Source of the DNA: Desulfobacterales bacterium
GTDB lineage: Bacteria > Desulfobacterota > Desulfobacteria > Desulfobacterales > JAFDDL01
DNA: 63,698 bases
NCBI GenBank assembly: GCA_040235505.1
Contig: JBECKW010000017.1
Location: 74,139 to 137,836, forward strand
Reading direction: 5' to 3'
Shown here piece by piece: positions 12,922-21,914 of this stretch. The notes under the pieces are model-generated. The model saw only the letters and a program-made list of their open reading frames with translations. It made no database searches and was not told the DNA's origin. The position numbers were made by a program, and so were the translations under genes. How positions within the stretch are numbered: position 1 is the stretch's first letter; each line of letters starts with the position of its first letter.

Positions 12922-15147
12922 TCAGAGCAAGGATTTTTCTCTTCCAAAAGAAATGATGGAGACGGAGCCTTCGTTAAAACAGCTGAAGAACGCACGAGCT
13001 TCCTGAAACCCGTTCAGAGTCACCGAAACGAGGGTTGCCGGAACATCCGGCCGCTTATCCGGAAGACTTTTCGCTTGATGAAGACGGATGCCGGAAGCAA
13101 TCGGGGAAAGCCGGGTGACGGTATCTGAAATATCGGTACCGATGATGCAGAGGTCAAAAAGAACCGGAAAGGCCCAGGCAGACTGGGTTTGCCACTCGAC
13201 CAGAAGCATTCGGTGAGCCTTGAGTTTTTTGCTTTGATTCAGATTGGGGCAGGTCTCTCGATGAAACGCAACCCCCCGTTCGCTGAGGGCTGCCAGCACG
13301 TTTTCCTCACCGGGATAGGGGTTGCAGCATTTTGAAAATTTATGGACCGCTTTTTCCGTTTCCGCAACATAGAGGATATTTCTCTCCTCGGGGTCGGCGT
13401 GTGTTTCCGAGACAACCTGGGTCTGCGGGGTTTTATCGGAAGGACTTCGCAGGTGATCGAGGTAATATAATATCACCTTGCTTGAAAGCATATCCTGGCC
13501 GATACGGGTATATAGAGCCGCCAGGTCTTTTAAGTGAAGAAAATTCAGAATCAGAGAGATGGTTTCATCTTCCAGGCAGGACGACGGTAAACCGTGCCGC
13601 TGAATTTCCTGCAGAAGCGTTTCTTTTCCAATCTTTTCCGCAACCACCTGCCGGCGCCTTTGAACCAGTTTGTTTACGGCGCTTCTGGCTTTGGGCGTCA
13701 TGCATTTTTTTTCCAGATCCGGGTCGACATCCATCAGTTCGTAAGAGCCGATAATGTTGACAATGTCCCGGTCTTTCAGCACTTCCGTGATGCCGACACG
13801 CCGACCATTGATGTTCGCGCCCCCGCAGTAGTCACCCAACGCGGAATGAATTTTATACGCAAAATCCAGAACAATGCTGCCTCTGGGCAGATAATGAATA
13901 TCTCCCTTGGGCGTGAAAACAAACAGCTCCTCCCCACTTGAAAGCTGTATCAGGTCCTTCCGCTGTGCACTGGCGCCACCGTATTCGCCGATGTTTTTAA
14001 GCATGTCGCTGAGCTCTTCCAGGTAAGATTCATAGATCGGGTTTTTGGAATTGAGCTCATAAATCATACCGGACGTCGCTTTGGCATCCATGGATTTATT
14101 GCGCATCTTGATGAGATAGTCCCGGCCCCTGTTGTTGATCCGAACATGCAGGCCCTGATAACCGTTGGGTTTCTGGTTGGCGATGTAATCCCGGATGCTT
14201 TTGGGAATGGGGGTGAACTGGCTGTTGATGATGCCCAGGCCCGTATAACAGACCACCGGATCCGAATCGTCCATAACGATGGTAAAATCCACCTGGTTTT
14301 CCGCATTCTTTAGATCCAGGGTCTGGCGTTCGGGTGAGTAGTAAGGCCCCAACCCTTTTACCCGGGGCCGAACCACGACCGGAATAGAAAGTTCGGAAAA
14401 CGCCGCTTCGAGACGCTGAACGATCTCCTGAATTTCCGGAGAGTTTCTGAGGCTTCGAATAATGTTCAGAATTTTTTTACTTTTGCGTGGAAAAAGTTGT
14501 GTCAGGGCCAGGTTGTATAAATGCCGCTTGATGGAAAAAAGGTTGAGTTTTGCGGCCAGCGGTGCGTAAACCCTGAGGGTTTCCTGGGCGATGCGACGAC
14601 GTTTGGAAGCCTGGAGGCTGGCCAGGGTGCGCATATTGTGAAGTCTGTCCGCCAGCTTGATTAACAGCACTCCGAGATGGCGGCTGGCGCTGACAAAAAT
14701 CTTGCTGTGGGTCAGGTCGCTCAGGGTGGCACGATCGAATTTTTGAAGAGAAAGCTTGGTGCAGCCATCCACCAGCTCCGCAACGGTTTTTCCGAAATCC
14801 GTTTCTATATCCATCAACGTGACGGAGGGAACGTCTTCCACCAGGTCATGGAGAAATGCTGCGGCGATGAGTTCCGGATCCTTTATCCTAAACTCCCGGA
14901 TCAGTATTTCGGCGACGGCCATTGGATGGTTGAAATACGGTTCGCCGGATTTCCGGAAATATCCAAGATGATGCTGATAGGAGAAAGTCAGGGCGTTGGA
15001 TATCAGATGAAACTGCCCGGCACCCTTGTCCATATACCGGGCCATGGCGCGCTGGTAATAGGCCAGCGGCGGTTGACCGACCGTTTTTTTGGAGGGTTTT
15101 TCAGGTTTTTTTGTTTCATCCGGCATCATGAAGAAAGACATTATCAC
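12922..15147 (-). CDS. Long RelA/SpoT homologue with intact HD hydrolase, degenerate synthetase and TGS domain
   Basis: RKSGEPYFNHP, LHDLVED, KLADRLHNMRTL, KPNGYQGLH, TGS VFTPKGD..LDFAYKIHS, KCCNP. Confidence 0.88.
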   Translation of the reverse strand: MIMSFFMMPDETKKPEKPSKKTVGQPPLAYYQRAMARYMDKGAGQFHLISNALTFSYQHHLGYFRKSGEPYFNHPMAVAEILIREFRIKDPELIAAAFLHDLVEDVPSVTLMDIETDFGKTVAELVDGCTKLSLQKFDRATLSDLTHSKIFVSASRHLGVLLIKLADRLHNMRTLASLQASKRRRIAQETLRVYAPLAAKLNLFSIKRHLYNLALTQLFPRKSKKILNIIRSLRNSPEIQEIVQRLEAAFSELSIPVVVRPRVKGLGPYYSPERQTLDLKNAENQVDFTIVMDDSDPVVCYTGLGIINSQFTPIPKSIRDYIANQKPNGYQGLHVRINNRGRDYLIKMRNKSMDAKATSGMIYELNSKNPIYESYLEELSDMLKNIGEYGGASAQRKDLIQLSSGEELFVFTPKGDIHYLPRGSIVLDFAYKIHSALGDYCGGANINGRRVGITEVLKDRDIVNIIGSYELMDVDPDLEKKCMTPKARSAVNKLVQRRRQVVAEKIGKETLLQEIQRHGLPSSCLEDETISLILNFLHLKDLAALYTRIGQDMLSSKVILYYLDHLRSPSDKTPQTQVVSETHADPEERNILYVAETEKAVHKFSKCCNPYPGEENVLAALSERGVAFHRETCPNLNQSKKLKAHRMLLVEWQTQSAWAFPVLFDLCIIGTDISDTVTRLSPIASGIRLHQAKSLPDKRPDVPATLVSVTLNGFQEARAFFSCFNEGSVSIISFGREKSLL

Positions 15148-15226
15148 TAAAGCGGATGAAAGGCTACCCGATTTATATCAGGAAGATCCTCAAGAATTCG
15201 GCGACGATGGACGATCCGGGTCGTCG

Positions 15227-15445
15227 CTATGATCGCCAAAGATAAAAACCGGTTTCATCCGGAAGAATAACCCCTGCCTGAAGAAGGGCGTTGATAGTGG
15301 CATGGGGCCTGGGCAGGCCGATTTTTTCGGCGCGGCGAATCAGTTCCGGAAGCGCAAACGGCTCTCCGATTTTTTCCACAAGCGAGCGGTATTGATGCTT
15401 GGCCGCCAGCAGGGAGGCAGACGTTTCGGCTGACCCGGTTTTCAT
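15227..15445 (-). CDS. Small hypothetical protein (72 aa)
   Basis: Strong SD AGGAGG upstream of the ATG; fills the gap between co-oriented genes. Confidence 0.65.
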   Translation of the reverse strand: MKTGSAETSASLLAAKHQYRSLVEKIGEPFALPELIRRAEKIGLPRPHATINALLQAGVILPDETGFYLWRS

Positions 15446-15508
15446 ATGAAAAAACCTCCTTACAGCGCATCGGCGAAAAGAAGCGCTGTCATCGGGCGCT
15501 TAAACAGA

Positions 15509-15949
15509 TTAAAGGCCCGGGGACGTTTTTATTCCGAGAATATAGGGCATTCGTTCTGAAACGATGGCACTGATCTTCATCATCAGCTTTTCACTGATTC
15601 GAGAGTTATCCCGAAGCAGCCGGCGAAGATCCTCGCCGGACATGGAAAGAACCTCCCCCCGGGTGAGCGCCACAGCGGTGCCGGTGTATTCAAAGGGCGC
15701 CACCACGGAGGACCATCCAATGATCTGGCCCGATTTATGGAGGGTAATGGCACGATCATCGGTAAACGAAACCATATAATTGCCGGACAAAATAATATAG
15801 AAGGAATGGGCGCTCTGACCCTGCTTTGTCAACACCTCCCCCTCCTCGACTGTCATTCGGTGCATCACCACCGAAATTTTGTTAAGCGCCTGTTCATCCA
15901 TATCTCCAAAAAGAGAGAGGGCTTGAAGCGTTTTAGGTTCTACCGACAT
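15509..15949 (-). CDS. Stand-alone cyclic nucleotide-binding domain protein (no HTH)
   Basis: EGEVLTKQGQSAHSFYIILSG, GQIIGWSSVV, TGTAVALT: a cNMP beta-barrel. Confidence 0.85.
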   Translation of the reverse strand: MSVEPKTLQALSLFGDMDEQALNKISVVMHRMTVEEGEVLTKQGQSAHSFYIILSGNYMVSFTDDRAITLHKSGQIIGWSSVVAPFEYTGTAVALTRGEVLSMSGEDLRRLLRDNSRISEKLMMKISAIVSERMPYILGIKTSPGL

Positions 15950-15960
15950 TCAGCTCCTTT

Positions 15961-16314
15961 TTATGTATCAAGAAGATTTTTAATCTCCAGAAGTTCGAAC
16001 CGGATCTCTTCCAGAATGTTGGGGGGGGAATCATCGGGATGTTTGCCGCACAGATACCGTCTGGCACCCGGAATGGTGAACTTCTTATTATAGAGGAGGT
16101 CTTTGATTTTAAGGATCAGATCGACATCGCTTTTGCGGTAAAGTCGCTGACCCGAAGCGGTCCGTTTGGGAGAGATTCGCTTGAACTCGGACTCCCAGAA
16201 ACGAAGAACATATGCCGGGACATCTGCAATGTCACTCACTTCACCGATCTTGAAATAAAGCTTATCCGGAATTTCGTGTGCCGGGGCTGGATCTTTCGTC
16301 ATGTTGGCATCCAC
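15961..16314 (-). CDS. MerR-family HTH transcriptional regulator
   Basis: IPDKLYFKIGEVS..VLRFWESEF..PKRTASGQRLYRK; this family typically lies downstream of pheT-ihfA. Confidence 0.92.
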   Translation of the reverse strand: MDANMTKDPAPAHEIPDKLYFKIGEVSDIADVPAYVLRFWESEFKRISPKRTASGQRLYRKSDVDLILKIKDLLYNKKFTIPGARRYLCGKHPDDSPPNILEEIRFELLEIKNLLDT

Positions 16315-16334
16315 TCCCTCGCAAGGTGTAGCGA

Positions 16335-18764
16335 TTATGGCAGATCCGCGTTGAAATCCTTGATAATCCGGTCGCAGATCTCGGTATGCATCCGGTTGAC
16401 CGCTTCGTCTTCCAGGGTTTTTTCATCGGACCGATAGGTAATTCGAAACGAGACGCTTTTTTTGTTTTTTGGTATGGTGCCTCCTTCAAACACATCAAAA
16501 AGATGAACCCCTGTCACCAGCAGCCCTTCCTTCTGCCGTACCTGGTCCAGAAGACGCTGAGACTCGAGGTTCTTATCGACAATCAGCGTTACGTCCCTGG
16601 AGACGGAAGGATATTTAGAGACACCCGAGACGCGCTTTCGATCCGGAAGAAGACCGGAGATGCGGTCGAGCATCAGTTCAAACATAAAAGCAGCCTGTTT
16701 GAGACCGTATGCGGAACATACCTTGGGGTGGATCTCCCCTGCAAGCCCTATGAGCGACCCGTCAATGGAAATGCCTGCCGCATATCCCGGACGAAGATAG
16801 GAGCCGCTCGAGGCCGTCTCTTTCGCAAAGGTCGCCTCTTTCAAATCAAGTCCGGCGATAAGCGTCGCAACGACTCCCTTTATATCATAAAAATCGCAGG
16901 GGGTCACCTGATTACACCAGGCGGCCGGGAGCCGGTTTCCGGTCCACAGTCCGGCGAGCATCTCCTTTTCTTCGGGAAGCTGTCCGTCGCCCTGATCAAG
17001 AAATACTTTTCCCACCTCAAAAAGACGGAGGGTCTTTATCTGCCTAGAGACATTTTTGGCCGCCGTCTCCAAAAGACCCGGTAGAAGGGAGGTTCTCATG
17101 ACCGCCTGTTCCTCGGAAAGCGGATTTAAAATGGCCAGGGTCCGTCGCCGGGGATCTTCCTTCGGGAACAGCAAGTTATCGGTGCTCTCCCGGCTGATGA
17201 AGCTGTAGTTTATGGCTTCGAAAAAACCATACCCGATCATTTTTTCCCTGCAGGATTCCCGCAGGCTCCTAAGGGTTCCCATATTGGAGGATCTTCCGGC
17301 GGTTTCCATGATCGGAAGGGTGGTGGATATTTTTTCATACCCATACAGCCGGGCCACCTCCTCCATCAGGTCTTCCGGCCGCTTCAAATCCACCCGGTAG
17401 GTGGGTGCGATAAACTGCATGGCGTCCGGATCTTCCTGGGAGGCCTCCGGATCGCCGACAATCTCGATACTTGAGAGCAGATCGACAATGGTCTCGCGTG
17501 AAAGAGCGGTTCCCAGCAGACGGTTGGTGCCACCTACCGTAAGGGGAATATGCTGAACCGGAACCGGGTTCGGGTGCATATCAATGATGCCGCCCACCGG
17601 ACGTCCACCGGCCAACTCAACCATGAGCTGGGCGGCGCGGGCGAGGTTTTGAACGGTGCCGTGGGGGTCGATGCCACGTTCGAAGCGATAGGAAGCGTCG
17701 GTGGCGAGCCCCAGCTGTTTGGCGGTTTTTCTAACGCTGGCGGGGTTGAAATAAGCGCTTTCGATCAGAACGGTTTTCGTGGTGGTCTGAATTTCAGAGT
17801 TCTCACCCCCCATTACGCCGGCAATGGCAATGGGTTTTTTTTCGTCACAGATTAAAAGCATCTCTTCGGTCAAGGTCCGGGCTTTTCCATCCAGGGTGGT
17901 AAACGCCTCTCCTCCTTCGGCGGTCCTTACCACGATCCGTCCCCCGTCCAGGTAATTAAAATCAAAGGCATGCAGGGGTTGCCCGGTTTCCAGCATGACG
18001 AAATTGGTGATATCCACCACGTTGTTAATGGGGCGCAGACCCACGGACCGCAGGCGATCCTTGAGCCATGCCGGGGACTCGCCGATGGTGATATCTTGAA
18101 TCAGGTTCGCCGAATAGCGGGGACAAAGCTCAGGGGCCTCAATGGTAACGGAGGTGACATCCGAAATCAGGCCGCCGGGTTCTTCGGGTGGAAGTTCGGG
18201 GACCCGGAGGGTGGTTTTCTGAATGGCGGCAACCTCCCGGGCGATGCCGATGATGCTGGTACAATCGGGCCGGTTCGGCGTCAGCCCGATTTCAAACACC
18301 ATGTCGGACAAGGACAGCGCCGCTCCCAGCGGGGACCCGACAGGGGCATCTTCCGGGAGCTCCATAAGACCGGAAGCGTCCGAGTCCAGGGCAAGCTCCG
18401 CGGCGCTGCACAACATGCCCTCTGAAACCTCGCCGCGAATGGTGCTTTTCTTGATTTCCATCCCACTGGGGAGGACGGCGCCGGGAAGGGCCAGGGGCGC
18501 CAGCATGCCTTTTCGAACATTCGGAGCACCGCAGACGACACTTGCGGTTTTTTCACCGATATCCACCCGGCAACAGCTCAGTTTATCTGCATTGGGGTGG
18601 CGCTGCACATCCAGAACCCGGCACACCTTGAACTTACCGAGGTAATCGTAGCGGTCCCACATGGCTTCAACTTCCAGACCGGCCATGGTCAGGGCGTCGG
18701 CCAGGGCTTTGGGCTCGAGCGTTATGGAAACATAGTCCTTTAACCAGCTTAAGCTAACCTTCAT
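16335..18764 (-). CDS. pheT: Phenylalanine-tRNA ligase beta subunit
   Basis: MKVSLSWLKDYV, HPNADKL, TPNRPDC, TGQPLHAFD, FERGID, FDX-ACB C-terminus. Confidence 0.99.
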   Translation of the reverse strand: MKVSLSWLKDYVSITLEPKALADALTMAGLEVEAMWDRYDYLGKFKVCRVLDVQRHPNADKLSCCRVDIGEKTASVVCGAPNVRKGMLAPLALPGAVLPSGMEIKKSTIRGEVSEGMLCSAAELALDSDASGLMELPEDAPVGSPLGAALSLSDMVFEIGLTPNRPDCTSIIGIAREVAAIQKTTLRVPELPPEEPGGLISDVTSVTIEAPELCPRYSANLIQDITIGESPAWLKDRLRSVGLRPINNVVDITNFVMLETGQPLHAFDFNYLDGGRIVVRTAEGGEAFTTLDGKARTLTEEMLLICDEKKPIAIAGVMGGENSEIQTTTKTVLIESAYFNPASVRKTAKQLGLATDASYRFERGIDPHGTVQNLARAAQLMVELAGGRPVGGIIDMHPNPVPVQHIPLTVGGTNRLLGTALSRETIVDLLSSIEIVGDPEASQEDPDAMQFIAPTYRVDLKRPEDLMEEVARLYGYEKISTTLPIMETAGRSSNMGTLRSLRESCREKMIGYGFFEAINYSFISRESTDNLLFPKEDPRRRTLAILNPLSEEQAVMRTSLLPGLLETAAKNVSRQIKTLRLFEVGKVFLDQGDGQLPEEKEMLAGLWTGNRLPAAWCNQVTPCDFYDIKGVVATLIAGLDLKEATFAKETASSGSYLRPGYAAGISIDGSLIGLAGEIHPKVCSAYGLKQAAFMFELMLDRISGLLPDRKRVSGVSKYPSVSRDVTLIVDKNLESQRLLDQVRQKEGLLVTGVHLFDVFEGGTIPKNKKSVSFRITYRSDEKTLEDEAVNRMHTEICDRIIKDFNADLP

Positions 18765-18846
18765 GTCTGTCGTACCTCAAAAACAACGCATCATTAATCA
18801 ATGTTATCAAAATGTTATAACAGATAAGGGAGGCGGGCCTGTACAG

Positions 18847-19866
18847 CTAATTGGAGACGAATTGTCCAAGAAGCCTCATGTCGTTTTCAAAGAAAAGGCG
18901 AAGATCATCAATGCCGTATTTCAGCATCGCAATGCGCTCGATCCCCACCCCAAATGCGAATCCGGTGACCCGGGACGTGTCGTAGCCGACGTTTTCGAAC
19001 ACAGCCGGATGAACCATGCCGGCGCCGAGAACCTCGATCCACCCGGTCTGGGAACAGACCCTGCATCCCTTCCCCCGGCACATGACACAGAGAATATCGA
19101 CCTCGGCACTCGGTTCGGTGAACGGGAAGAAGCTGGGCCGGAACTTCAGAGCGGTTTTCTCGTCGAAGATCTGGTGAACAAACGTCGTCAGGATGCCTTT
19201 GAGATCACCGAAGGAAATGTTTTCTCCCACCACGAGACCTTCAATCTGGTGGAACATGGGTGTGTGGGTCAGATCCGAGTCGCAACGATAGACTTTTCCC
19301 GGAGCGATAATCCGAACCGGCGGCGTCTGCTGTTCCATGGTCCGGATCTGGACAGGGGATGTGTGTGTCCGCAAGACAATGTTGTCGGAGACATAAAACG
19401 TGTCCTGCATATCCCGGGCCGGGTGATGTTTCGGAAGATTCAGCGCCTCGAAGTTGTAATAATCGAGCTCGACTTCGGGGCCTTCCATGACCTCGAATCC
19501 GAGGCGCGAAAAAATATCACACACTTCCCGGGTCACCAGGGTGATCGGATGCAATGCGCCCTGGGGGACAGGCCTTCCGGGAAGCGACACATCGATGCCT
19601 TCCGAATCCAGCATGCCGGTTTCAAAGGCGGTCAGGGCTTCGCCGACAGCCGCTTCCAGTGCCTGCTTCACCTGGTTCGCCTGCTGCCCGGCCAGGGGAC
19701 GCTCTTTGTCCGGAAGCGACGAGATGGATCGCAGAAACTGGGTAACCAGTCCCTTCCGCCCCAGATATTTAACGGATACGGCCTGAACGGCGTCCGGATC
19801 AGCGGCATTTTCCAATTCGGAAAACGCATCTTGTTTTATCTGTTCAATGGACTGAATCAAAACCAT
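18847..19866 (-). CDS. pheS: Phenylalanine-tRNA ligase alpha subunit
   Basis: HHPARDMQDTFY, LRTHTSPVQIR, FRPSFFPFTEPS, GFAFGVGIER. Confidence 0.99.
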   Translation of the reverse strand: MVLIQSIEQIKQDAFSELENAADPDAVQAVSVKYLGRKGLVTQFLRSISSLPDKERPLAGQQANQVKQALEAAVGEALTAFETGMLDSEGIDVSLPGRPVPQGALHPITLVTREVCDIFSRLGFEVMEGPEVELDYYNFEALNLPKHHPARDMQDTFYVSDNIVLRTHTSPVQIRTMEQQTPPVRIIAPGKVYRCDSDLTHTPMFHQIEGLVVGENISFGDLKGILTTFVHQIFDEKTALKFRPSFFPFTEPSAEVDILCVMCRGKGCRVCSQTGWIEVLGAGMVHPAVFENVGYDTSRVTGFAFGVGIERIAMLKYGIDDLRLFFENDMRLLGQFVSN

Positions 19867-19881
19867 CTCCGGATGTTTGGG

Positions 19882-20232
19882 CTACAGCTGCTGAGCGGCC
19901 ATACGAGCGATCTGGGAAAAGCCCTGGGGATCCGAAACGGCCAGTTCTGCAAGAACTTTCCGGTCCAGGCCGATATTGGCCAGCTTGAGTCCGTGAATGA
20001 ACTTGCTGTAAGACAGGTCGTTCATTCTGGAGGCGGCGTTGATGCGTGCAATCCAGAGGGTTCGAAAATCCCGTTTGCGCTGACGACGGTCACGGTAGGC
20101 ATAGGTCAGCGCCCTGTCCACCGTGTCCATGGCGGTACGGATGAGTTTACTGTGCCCGCCGCGATACCCTTTGGCCAGCTTGAGCACCTTGTTTCTTCTT
20201 CTTCTGGCCTTAAAGCCTCTTTTAACTCTCAT
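19882..20232 (-). CDS. rplT: 50S ribosomal protein L20
   Basis: [39 protein letters not shown]. Confidence 0.99.
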   Translation of the reverse strand: MRVKRGFKARRRRNKVLKLAKGYRGGHSKLIRTAMDTVDRALTYAYRDRRQRKRDFRTLWIARINAASRMNDLSYSKFIHGLKLANIGLDRKVLAELAVSDPQGFSQIARMAAQQL

Positions 20233-20251
20233 GGTGTTTCTCCTTCAAAAA

Positions 20252-20449
20252 TTATCCGTTTGGCAAAAGAAGCCGGAGTTCTCTCATGTTGGTTTTGTCC
20301 GCCACCTGCGGTTTGCGCAGAGAGCGTTTTCGTTTGGTGGTCTTCTTGGTTAAAATGTGGCTTCCATGGGATTTTGAAAACTTGTATTTCCCGGAGCCCG
20401 TCTTTTTGAACCTTTTTGCGGCAGCCCGATTTGTTTTAATCTTTGGCAT
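20252..20449 (-). CDS. rpmI: 50S ribosomal protein L35
   Basis: [27 protein letters not shown]. Confidence 0.99.
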   Translation of the reverse strand: MPKIKTNRAAAKRFKKTGSGKYKFSKSHGSHILTKKTTKRKRSLRKPQVADKTNMRELRLLLPNG

Positions 20450-20477
20450 CCCTTTTTCTCCTCTAAATAAAATAGAT

Positions 20478-20556
20478 GGCGTGAACCGTCGGTATGAAGA
20501 CGTTCACGCCTCAAGCGGGGGCGCCCCTGCGCCTCCCGATATTCATACTTACATAC
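20478..20556 (-). ncRNA. Candidate L20-responsive translational operator (hairpin plus pseudoknot) in the infC-rpmI spacer
   Basis: 9-bp stem 20478-20486/20502-20510 extended by 3 bp. In the mRNA, the loop UUCAUAC (20492-20498) is complementary to upstream GUAUGAA (20542-20548). Confidence 0.5.
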
Positions 20557-20594
20557 TGAGTCTTTGCTGAAAAAAAACAGCGTTCAGCCGATTC

Positions 20595-21134
20595 TCACTT
20601 CGGGGCAAGAATCATGACCATGGTTCTGCCCTCAAATTTTGGAGGCTGCTCTATTGCAGCGATATCTTCGGTTTCTGCCACGATGATCCGAAGCTGGTCC
20701 TTTGCCATCTCGGAGAGGCTGATTTCCCTTCCACGAAAAACAACGGTGACTTTTACCTTGTCCTGTTTCTCAATAAACTTCCTGATATGGCCGATTTTGA
20801 CCTGAAGATCATGGTCTCCGGTTTTCGGTCGGACCTTGATTTCCTTTACCTGAAACGACGACTGTTTCTTTTTGGCTTCCTGCTGTTTTTTCGTCTGTTC
20901 GTATTTATAGCGGCCGTAATCCATAATTTTGCAGACCGGTGGGTCTGCATTGGGCGATACCTCAACCAAATCAAGGCCAAACTCTGCCGCCTTTTCCAAG
21001 GCCTGACGGAGTGGAATGACACCGACCTGGCCTCCGTCGGGATCAATGACCCTGACCTCTTTGGCGCGAATGAGCTGGTTGATATTAACGCGGTTGGATT
21101 TTCCCTGCCGTTGATTTCCTTTTGATATAGCTAT
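20595..21134 (-). CDS. infC: Translation initiation factor IF-3, probable non-canonical ATA start
   Basis: NQLIRAKEVRVI, LDLVEVSPNADPPVCKIMDYGRYKY, VKEIKVRP. SD GGAGGT (21146-21141) sits 6 nt before ATA at 21134, inside the track ORF that starts at 21155. Confidence 0.95.
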   Translation of the reverse strand: MAISKGNQRQGKSNRVNINQLIRAKEVRVIDPDGGQVGVIPLRQALEKAAEFGLDLVEVSPNADPPVCKIMDYGRYKYEQTKKQQEAKKKQSSFQVKEIKVRPKTGDHDLQVKIGHIRKFIEKQDKVKVTVVFRGREISLSEMAKDQLRIIVAETEDIAAIEQPPKFEGRTMVMILAPK

Positions 21135-21265
21135 GCTCTTACCTCCTGGATTCATAGATTAATATTTTGCCTTCCGCTGCGTCGGCACCGGGAATCACCA
21201 CCGATTTCCCCTGCCTAATTTCGTGACGGATAGAAGGCGACCCTTTCGACCAAATAGATGATTGC

Positions 21266-21295
21266 ATTATACAATAACATCGGTAATTGCAAGAA
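21266..21295 (-). promoter_or_regulatory. Probable promoter of the infC operon
   Basis: Perfect TATAAT at 21271-21266 on the minus strand; only a weak -35 (TTGCAA/TCTTGC). Confidence 0.5.
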
Positions 21296-21356
21296 AAAAA
21301 AACAATAAAATTTTAGAATGTTCGCACCATCGCAGGACTTTTTCACCGGTTTCTAC

Positions 21357-21914
21357 TCAGCCGCCGAGGGCCGGTCGAGGGGGTTTTCCGATGGTTTGCT
21401 TCAACGTGTATTCAGCGAGCCCGCTTCTTTTTAAATAGGTGGTATCCGGGTTATTGAAAAAAGCCTGAAAGAGGGCAAGGCTTTCATCCCGCATCACAGG
21501 ACCAACCACTTCGGGTCGCCGATTATGGTACAGCGGCGTGAGGAGGTGCAACCGGCACCCGGTGCCGCCCCCCATGGCATCCTCATAGGCGTATACGATT
21601 TTTCCGACCCCGGCGATCACCAGTGCGCCGAAACACATCAGGCACGGCTCCAGCGTACAGTATACGGATGTTTTCCCGGGATCGCATTCAGCCGGCAGCC
21701 GGTAAAACTCCCGAAGGGCCTGGATTTCGGCGTGATCGATTTCATTGATGTCTGTGCCGGCACTTCCAATTCGAGATCCCCGGGCCACCACCTTATTTTC
21801 ATAAACAAATACGCAACCCACCGGAAACTCACCGGCCGAAAGGGCGCCTTCGGCAAGAGACAAGGCCTCTCGCATGAAGCGTTCATCTAAAGCTTGCAAA
21901 TCGTATCGTCGCAT
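21357..21914 (-). CDS. Nucleoside/tRNA deaminase (TadA/CDA-like zinc deaminase)
   Basis: GEFPVGCV, HAE, TLEPCLMC, KIVYAYED. Confidence 0.88.
   Translation of the reverse strand: MRRYDLQALDERFMREALSLAEGALSAGEFPVGCVFVYENKVVARGSRIGSAGTDINEIDHAEIQALREFYRLPAECDPGKTSVYCTLEPCLMCFGALVIAGVGKIVYAYEDAMGGGTGCRLHLLTPLYHNRRPEVVGPVMRDESLALFQAFFNNPDTTYLKRSGLAEYTLKQTIGKPPRPALGG

Noticed and set aside
18763-20409. 548-aa plus-strand ORF
   Set aside because: Antisense shadow of pheS, rplT and rpmI; no recognisable motifs.
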